From Deltaproteobacteria bacterium (GTDB lineage: Bacteria > Myxococcota > JACPTQ01), in assembly GCA_016192705.1 (NCBI GenBank), contig JACPTQ010000072.1, forward strand, positions 6,611 to 70,610: 64,000 nucleotides of DNA, in the 5' to 3' direction. The stretch's first letter is position 1. The number at the start of each line of letters is the position of its first letter. This document shows positions 57,673 through 64,000 of this stretch, in pieces. The notes beneath the pieces were generated by a model, which searched no databases, was not told where the DNA came from, and worked only from the letters and a program-made list of their open reading frames with translations. Both the position numbers and the translations under genes were made by a program.

Positions 57673-58839
57673 GCGGGAGCCCACGTCCACGCCGTTGATG
57701 ATGAGCCCGTCGGACGCGCTATAATGGCGCGATGCAACCGGCACCGCCCATGCCCGCATGGCTCGAGGCGATGGTCCCCTACCGCCGCTACCGGCTCGAC
57801 GTCGGTGACGACCTGCGCATGCACGTCATGGAAATCGGCGAAGGTCTGCCCGTCGTGCTGTTCCATGGAAATCCGTCGTGGGGCTTTCTCTATCGCCGCG
57901 TGGTCGACAAGCTCGCAGGCCAGCCCCTTCGGCTCATCATGCCCGATCTCATCGGGCTCGGCTTCTCCGACAAGCCCGGAGCCGACGCCCACACCCTGGA
58001 CAACCACATCCGCTGGATGAGCCGATGTCTCGATGCGCTGGCGCTCGAGCGCTGTGTCGCCGTGGTGCAGGACTGGGGTGGCGCCATCGGCGTTGGCGCA
58101 CTTGCGACGCGGCCCAAGTTGTGTACCGGGCTCGTCGTGATGAACACGGGGCTCTCCCCGCCTCGCAAGGGGTTTCGTGCCACGGCCTTCCATCGACTCG
58201 CGCGCGCACCTGGTATCAGCACGGCGCTGTTTCGGCTGGCGGGCTTTCCCCAGTCGATGATGTGGATTGCGCAGGGTGAGCGCTGCAGCATCCGCGGCGA
58301 GGTGGCGCGCGCCTACCGTTACCCGCTGCGTCGCTGGCGCGACAACGCCGCGCCGCTCGCCCTCGCGCGCATGGTGCCGAACGATTTCGATCACCCGTCC
58401 ATCCCGTCGCTCGAGCGCTGCGAGGCCTACGTGAGAGCCTTTACCGCACCGACCGCCATCGTGTGGGGCGATCGCGATCCGGTCCTCGGTCGGGTGCTCG
58501 GCTGGATGCGCAAGCTGTTGCCCAATGCGCCGGTGACCCGCACGCAAGCCGGGCATTTCCTCCAGGAACAGGTGCCGGACGAAATCGCCGCAGCGATTCG
58601 CGACGTCGCGGAGCGACGATGAACGAACCGCGACGAGCGGTGGATGGACGACGGGCGTTGATGACTTCGGCAAGACGGCGCTCATCGAGGGCGACCAGGG
58701 GTCGCACGTGTTCGACGTGATTCGGCTGCAGATAAGGCGCATCATGACCGACGGCGGCGTCTCTGACACGGCCGTCATGCCGAATTCGTGTGGCCCGTGC
58801 CACGCGCGCTATCGCTTCAGCGGCGACGGGCAGTAAGCG
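57484..58839 (+). repeat. 192-bp direct repeat of the cytochrome 3' end (57484-57675 and 58648-58839)
   Basis: Direct comparison; 9 substitutions counted, no indels. Confidence 0.93.
57732..58622 (+). CDS. Haloalkane dehalogenase/OleB-like alpha/beta hydrolase
   Basis: HGNPSW, PDLIGLGFSDK, VQDWGG nucleophile, AGHFLQE. Confidence 0.9.
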   Translation: MQPAPPMPAWLEAMVPYRRYRLDVGDDLRMHVMEIGEGLPVVLFHGNPSWGFLYRRVVDKLAGQPLRLIMPDLIGLGFSDKPGADAHTLDNHIRWMSRCLDALALERCVAVVQDWGGAIGVGALATRPKLCTGLVVMNTGLSPPRKGFRATAFHRLARAPGISTALFRLAGFPQSMMWIAQGERCSIRGEVARAYRYPLRRWRDNAAPLALARMVPNDFDHPSIPSLERCEAYVRAFTAPTAIVWGDRDPVLGRVLGWMRKLLPNAPVTRTQAGHFLQEQVPDEIAAAIRDVAERR

Positions 58840-58870
58840 CGCGCGGAAGCGGGGGCGGTAGCGATCTTTC

Positions 58871-59021
58871 CTGGACTTGGACCTCGACTTGGACTTGGAC
58901 CTGGACTTCCGCCGAACGGTCCAGGACCAGGTCCAGGGTTAGGTCCAGGACCAGGCGAGGACGGGGCTGCGGTAGCGGTCCAGGCCTATCCTGAACAGGA
59001 TGAACAAGATAAACAGGATTG
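58871..59021. repeat. Palindromic hexamer array (TGGACY / RGTCCA) followed by AACAGGAT-type 9-mer repeats
   Basis: CTGGACTTGGACCTCGACTTGGACTTGGACCTGGAC...GTCCAGGACCAGGTCCAGG; ATCCTGAACAGGATGAACAAGATAAACAGGAT. Confidence 0.8.
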
Positions 59022-59034
59022 CGGATGCGGAAAA

Positions 59035-59900
59035 CTACCTCGGGGTTGCTGGAGCAACCGGCGCGGGCGTCGCAGGCACCACGGTTGTCGGTGCCGTCTT
59101 CGGCGCGATGCGGCGCCTGCGGCCGCGTGCGACAAAAATCGCCGGATAGCGATCGAGGGCCGCTTCGTCGGCGCGGAAGATGAAGCCGGCGGCGGCGCGG
59201 ATCGTGTCGACGCCATAGCGCGCGTAAGTGGCGGCGCGGTCGCGAAGGTCGCGCGATTCGGTGGGGCTCGGGCTCCGTTCCGTCGCCCTCCCCATTTTCG
59301 CCGCGCGCTCAGCCCACTGGGTTTCGCGCCATTGCGGCGAAAATTTCGTCACTTCGCGGTCGTCCGACTTTGCGGCGAGAGCGTTCACGAGCTTCACCGA
59401 GATGTTTTGCGCCTGCGTGACGTCGGCTTCCGTGATTTCGGAGCGACACTTTGCGCCACTCCAGTTCGCCGAGAAGAGGCCGGCGAGCGCAGCCAAATCG
59501 TCGGCGGTGTCGAGGTGTCCTTGTCCCTCGCGGATAAGGTCGAGCTGCGGCGGTAAAGGAGGTCCGCTTGCCAAAGTGCTTGCGCGCGAACGACGAGGTT
59601 GTCGTGCGCGGCCGGGTCGAACGCGGCGGCGGCAAACGTCGCGACGAAGCGAGCGCGGTCGGCGGCGCAGCTTTGCGCGTTCTGGATGATCGCCGCGACG
59701 GCCTCGGGGACCTGCGCGCGAAACGGTGTCACGGCGTGCGCGGGGATCGCGTCGAACGTCGCGCGGAGCTTCGCGAGCGCCTCATCGCCGCCAGAAAGGG
59801 TGATCGCATCGGTTGCGGCGTGCGTCGCCTGCTCGGTCGTTTCGTTTGTCTTCGTTATCTCGTTCCCCTCGTGCGAATTGGCGGCCTCAATCAACCCCAA
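59035..59900 (-). pseudogene. Hypothetical helical protein broken by a frameshift/deletion near 59550
   Basis: Frame A ...VRAQALWQADLLYR continues in frame B as IREGQGHLDTADDL...DLRDRA; both have coding-like composition. Confidence 0.6.
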
Positions 59901-60074
59901 AGAGAACGATCAAGGTTTTAACTATTCTTTTACCGTTCATCGTTCTCTCGCGCTCTCTTCCTCGCTTTTCGTAACGCATCGTCTTCGTCCTTTTACCCAT
60001 GAGACGGAGCCGCGAGCGGTTTGTTGCGCAAAACAAGGTTCGCCCCCAGAATCGATAGGGGAGGGCGCGCGCGC

Positions 60075-60170
60075 GTGTCGCATTGTCTCTCGGACGAAGT
60101 CGTCGCTTTGATGCTCGACGGGCGGTTGTCTGACGCGGCACGTGCGGACGCCGAGCGCCATCTCACGCAA
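60075..60170 (+). pseudogene. 5' fragment of a zf-HC2 (anti-sigma/kinase-type) gene, truncated
   Basis: GGGAGG upstream of GTG; HCLSDEVVALMLDGRLSDAARADAERHLTQ stops matching just before the expected CxxC. Confidence 0.55.
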
Positions 60171-60672
60171 AGGATAGGACACGCAATTGGGGATGCGCAT
60201 GGGTTCGGGAGGCGATGAGGGCGGGAGATGGCGCGGAAGGCGGCGAGAGAAGGCGTTTGTGCGGAGGGGGATTCGGAAGACACGTTGGCGATGGCGGCGC
60301 GGGTGTCGCTCAATCGAGGGTGGAGCACGGATCGAAGGGGCTGAAGGAAGTTGGGTCGCGGGCACACGCGAGGATGGGAGGTACTGAAGGGAGGCCCAGG
60401 TGTTCGAGGATTGCGTGTGTGGGCTCGGCCTCAGTGATGACGGCGATAAATTCGAGACGGCCGTTGCATGCAGGACAGGCGAGTGCATCGACGTCATAGA
60501 ACTTTTCGAGCCATCGGCCGAGAAGCCAGTGGCTTCTCGGTGCGAGAAAAATGGCGAGACCGACGGAACGGAGGTCGCAGCCTACCTTGTTTCTACGCAG
60601 CTGCTGCGCCCATTCGAAGCGGGAGAGTCGGGACGTTGTCGCAGTGAGAAGAGTTGCGGCGAGCCGTCCCAC
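60171..60672 (-). mobile_element. IS91/ISCR-like transposase C-terminal remnant with an oriIS-like end
   Basis: WAQQLRR...YDVDALACPACNGRLEFIAVITE...ILEHLGLPSVPP..ARDP; minus-strand end GTGTCCTATCC at ~60172. Confidence 0.78.
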
Positions 60673-60694
60673 GATTGAAATCGAGCCGTGGCCG

Positions 60695-62905
60695 TTACCA
60701 GACGCGGCACCCGATGAGCGGAAGCGATTGACACGGCAACACGCCGCTTACGCAGTCGCGTCGATTTTCCACCCCGACCTCGTAGCGACCGGCCACGAAT
60801 CGTCGCTGAAACGTTGCCCCGCCGTCGACGCCAAGCGGAATCGTCGACATCCCGTTTCCGGCCGCGTCCCAGAGGATGAGCGACCCGCGATTTTTCGCGT
60901 GCAAACTCGCCGGCATCGGGAAGCCGCGAAGCGTGACAACGCCCGAGAGCATCACGACGTCGAGGTCGAAATCGAGATTTCCCGAGGCCCTCAAATCGAC
61001 ATCGCGCCGGATCTCGACGCGCCCTTGGCACGGGAGAACGCCATCGCCAAGTGCAGGACAGTCGTCGTCGTTCGAGAATGTGATGTCGTACGTCCCCGGG
61101 AACAGCCGAATCCGATAGGTCGCGGCGTTCGTCGCGCCGAGCGTTGCCGCCGATTGCCCCAGGGTCGGACTCGAAAAATGAAGTTCGCCTCGATTCGAGC
61201 CGGCGTCGCTCGCGCCGACCGCGAATCCGTTGGCGGTGACTGTCCCGGCGACATCGATGACCGGCAAATCGATCGGGAGTGAAGCGGGGCCGACAATCGA
61301 AACGCCGCGCGCGACGTCGTAAAACTGACACGGCGTCGGCCCGGTTTCGCAGTGATAGAAATTGTAAAACGACACGTCGTGTTGGCCTTTGTAGACGAGG
61401 GCGGTGAAGGTCGCGGCGCCCGTCGACCCGAGCGTCGCGGTCACGGACGATGGACCGCGAAGCGTCACCATTCCGCGGCTCCGGCCGTCGGCGTTTTCCG
61501 CCCTCGCGGCGCCGTTCACCGTCACCGTGCCGCTGACAGACGTGGTCGAAACATCGATGTCGAGCGAGCTCACCGACTGGACTTGGATCCCGGTGCGAAC
61601 GGTGTTCGTCCCGCATGGGAGTGGCCCGACGGCGCACGCCTCCCAGCTTGAGAGGGCGATCGAATGAACGCCCTTATAGATGACGGCGCGGTAAGTCGCC
61701 GCCCCGGCGAGCCCGAGATCGGCGTTTGGCCCAAGGCCCTCGCTGCCCATGATGGCAACCACACCGCGTGTGGCGCCGCTGGCTCGCGTGGCCATCGGTT
61801 GCGCGTTGACGGTCACGGTGCCGGAGACCGTTGTGACGGGGAGATCGATGTTAAGCGCGCCTGTCGAGCGAATGGGAACGGCCGTCATGCGGGTGCTCGC
61901 GTGACACGGAATCGGCGAGTCGGATTCACACGCGCGCGGCCCGGTTACGACGACGTCGTAATCGCCCATGGGCACGTCGACGCTGTAGAGCGAACGCCCT
62001 TGCGTCGGGAATGCGACCGTCGCCGCGGTCTGGCCATCGTGCGCGCGAAATGAAACCGACCCGCGAGTCCCACCGCGCGTGCTGACGCCCATCATTGAGC
62101 CGTTGACCGTGACCTCGCCGCTCACCGTTACGCGCACGACGCTTCGCACGTCGAAGTCGATGGCGCCATCGGCGGTCAATTGCAGTGACCGCTTGAGAAA
62201 CTGCGTGCCGCATGGAAGCGTGGTTCCGGCGCACGACTGAAATTTTGAGAAGGTCACGGAATAAAATCCCGGAAAGAGCTTCGTTGAAAACACGGCCTCG
62301 CCCGAGGTTGGGAGCTCGACCGTAACGGGAAGCGTCGTGCCAACGCGCAAAAACGAGAGAGCGCCGCGCGGCGAGCCGGCCGGAGCGGTTTGGCCATCGA
62401 GCGTGACACGCCCTGCGACTTGAATGGTCTGGAGGTCGAAGTTTCGGACGCCGGATGCCGAAAGGATGAACGGCGCGCATGGCGTTTCGCACCCGTTCGC
62501 TGGGATGTCGTCGTCGTCGCGAAATCCAGCGGGGCATCGCCCGGCATCGAGCGTCATTCCGGCGTCAGCCGATACACCTGCGTCGCGAAAAACGCCTGCG
62601 TCATGGGCGGTGCCCGCATCGCGCAAGCCTCCCGCATCGCGCACGGCTCCGGCATCGCGGCTAAAGCCAGCGTCAAAGGGACGCACCGGCGCTCCCGCAT
62701 CGAAACGAACGCCGGCATCAACCGCGGCGACTCGTCCGCCCGCATCGAGCAAATGTCCGCCATCGCGTTCGGTCGCAACAGGCGGCGAGGCCTCGTCGAC
62801 CACAAACTCCGAAGGTTCGTCGCTCGTCGCGCACGCAGCGACGAAGCAGCCGAGCACCGCCATTCCCGTTGCCACTCGTCGCTTATGTCGATGTGGTTGC
62901 AGCAT
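60695..62905 (-). CDS. Lipoprotein with a DAG-repeat linker and six ~100-aa disulfide-bearing beta repeats
   Basis: LGCFVAA-C lipobox, repeated DAG, six V.G.VT..G...G.Y.V...Cx(5-9)PC units. Confidence 0.82.
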   Translation of the reverse strand: MLQPHRHKRRVATGMAVLGCFVAACATSDEPSEFVVDEASPPVATERDGGHLLDAGGRVAAVDAGVRFDAGAPVRPFDAGFSRDAGAVRDAGGLRDAGTAHDAGVFRDAGVSADAGMTLDAGRCPAGFRDDDDIPANGCETPCAPFILSASGVRNFDLQTIQVAGRVTLDGQTAPAGSPRGALSFLRVGTTLPVTVELPTSGEAVFSTKLFPGFYSVTFSKFQSCAGTTLPCGTQFLKRSLQLTADGAIDFDVRSVVRVTVSGEVTVNGSMMGVSTRGGTRGSVSFRAHDGQTAATVAFPTQGRSLYSVDVPMGDYDVVVTGPRACESDSPIPCHASTRMTAVPIRSTGALNIDLPVTTVSGTVTVNAQPMATRASGATRGVVAIMGSEGLGPNADLGLAGAATYRAVIYKGVHSIALSSWEACAVGPLPCGTNTVRTGIQVQSVSSLDIDVSTTSVSGTVTVNGAARAENADGRSRGMVTLRGPSSVTATLGSTGAATFTALVYKGQHDVSFYNFYHCETGPTPCQFYDVARGVSIVGPASLPIDLPVIDVAGTVTANGFAVGASDAGSNRGELHFSSPTLGQSAATLGATNAATYRIRLFPGTYDITFSNDDDCPALGDGVLPCQGRVEIRRDVDLRASGNLDFDLDVVMLSGVVTLRGFPMPASLHAKNRGSLILWDAAGNGMSTIPLGVDGGATFQRRFVAGRYEVGVENRRDCVSGVLPCQSLPLIGCRVW

Positions 62906-62906
62906 C

Positions 62907-64000
62907 CTATTCGCCCGAAATGAAAGTGGGTGTTGAACGCGAAATGTTGTCTCCCGTCCCAAGTACGCCATAGTAGTTATCGCCCCAGCACTTCACCGCG
63001 CCTTCAACGGTGAGAGCGCAGGTGTGCCAGTGGCCGGTGGCAATGGCGGTAACGCCCGACGACAGCCCGCTTACCGACGTCGGTGTGGAAAACGAATATC
63101 CTCCCCAACACAACACGCCGCCATCCGACGTTAAGGCGCAGGTTTGGTACGGAGCTGCGGAGACCTGGGTGACGTCGGTAAGTCCCAACACATCGACGGG
63201 CGCCAGGCGATTCGTCGTCGTTCCGTCGCCAAGTTGACCGTAATCGTTTTTGCCCCAGCACTTGACGCGACCGTCTACCATGCGTGCGCAGGTGTGCGTT
63301 GAGGATGCGGCGAGCGTTGAAACGCCGGAAAGCCCGACGACATCGACAGGTGTTAAACGTATGGTCGATGTGCCATCACCAAGCTGCCCAACGTTGTTCG
63401 TTCCCCAACATTTGACGCCACCGCCTTGCATCACCGAACAGACGTGTGTTGAGCCAGTCGCGATCGATTTGGCGCCGGCGACGTCGACAACGTCCGTCGG
63501 TCTCGATCGACTCATCCACGTTCCGTCGCCAAGCTGACCGGTCCCGCCGTAGCCCCAGCACTTCACGCCACCGTCTGTGGTCAATGCACATGTTGAAACG
63601 CTGCCCGCTGAGACCTGGACGACCGGCTCGGTCAATCCGACGACATCGATCGGCAAGGGGTATCTGCCGCCCGAAGTCCCGATGCCAAGCTGACCGTCGC
63701 CGTTACTCCCCCAACATTTGACGCCACCGCCACTCGTCACCGCGCACTTGTGGTCGCCAGCGACTGATGGAACGAGAACGCCTCCGTCGAGACCCTGGAC
63801 ATCGACGGGTATATTGCGGTCCATGTATGTGCCGTCGCCAACCTGGCCGTAATAGTTTCGTCCCCAGCACTTGGCCCCGCCGTCCCCGATCAAAATGCAT
63901 GTCCCGGATTCGCCGGCCGAGACCGCCGTTGCGCGGCAGCAGCCGCCCCCACACTTCACGAAGCCGTCGTCACACTTGGACGTGCATTGTCCGCTTCGAC
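62907..64000 (-). CDS. RCC1-repeat (beta-propeller) protein, 5' end outside the window
   Basis: Seven HTCA...G.VKCWG.N..GQLG-type repeats; frame stays open to the window end. Confidence 0.93.
   Translation of the reverse strand, partial: RSGQCTSKCDDGFVKCGGGCCRATAVSAGESGTCILIGDGGAKCWGRNYYGQVGDGTYMDRNIPVDVQGLDGGVLVPSVAGDHKCAVTSGGGVKCWGSNGDGQLGIGTSGGRYPLPIDVVGLTEPVVQVSAGSVSTCALTTDGGVKCWGYGGTGQLGDGTWMSRSRPTDVVDVAGAKSIATGSTHVCSVMQGGGVKCWGTNNVGQLGDGTSTIRLTPVDVVGLSGVSTLAASSTHTCARMVDGRVKCWGKNDYGQLGDGTTTNRLAPVDVLGLTDVTQVSAAPYQTCALTSDGGVLCWGGYSFSTPTSVSGLSSGVTAIATGHWHTCALTVEGAVKCWGDNYYGVLGTGDNISRSTPTFISGE

Noticed and set aside
57645..58778. 377-aa minus-strand ORF
   Set aside because: Antisense shadow of the hydrolase gene and the repeat.
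57484..58839. Diversity-generating retroelement TR/VR pair
   Set aside because: Mismatches are not adenine-specific and no reverse transcriptase is present in the window.
58871..59021. CRISPR array
   Set aside because: Units are 6-9 bp with no spacers, and no cas genes are present.

Overview
GC-rich bacterial chromosomal window, probably Myxococcota/Deltaproteobacteria (inferred from the gspC-N gene order, DAG-repeat lipoproteins and Cys-rich secreted proteins). The core genes are alpha-2-macroglobulin, korAB, purH, a frameshifted purD, RNase R, a type II secretion operon gspC-D-E-F-G-H-I-J-K-L-M-N (gspF broken), a Crp/cNMP-phosphodiesterase pair, accD, smpB, an M24 peptidase and cyaY. They are interleaved with accessory secreted proteins. 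Most notable: (1) a conserved ECF-sigma-like motif TGAATA-N15-17-CGTC(T/A)AA directly upstream of four secreted-protein genes, including two large helical Cys-rich proteins (2323 aa and 828 aa) that appear to share a hydrophobic-hairpin domain; one motif has a C13 homopolymer spacer and a weaker copy precedes the T2SS operon; (2) two copies of a ~0.5 kb non-coding mobile element with long imperfect TIRs, 9-bp target duplications and crossing internal inverted repeats; (3) a 572-bp tandem duplication that made a chimeric gene (secretin signal peptide + GspC PDZ); (4) palindromic repeats read through as N-terminal coding sequence; (5) an octaheme, collagen-stalked lipoprotein cytochrome whose 3' end is duplicated around a hydrolase gene; (6) an IS91-like remnant truncating a zf-HC2-type gene. 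No tRNA, rRNA or CRISPR array was seen.
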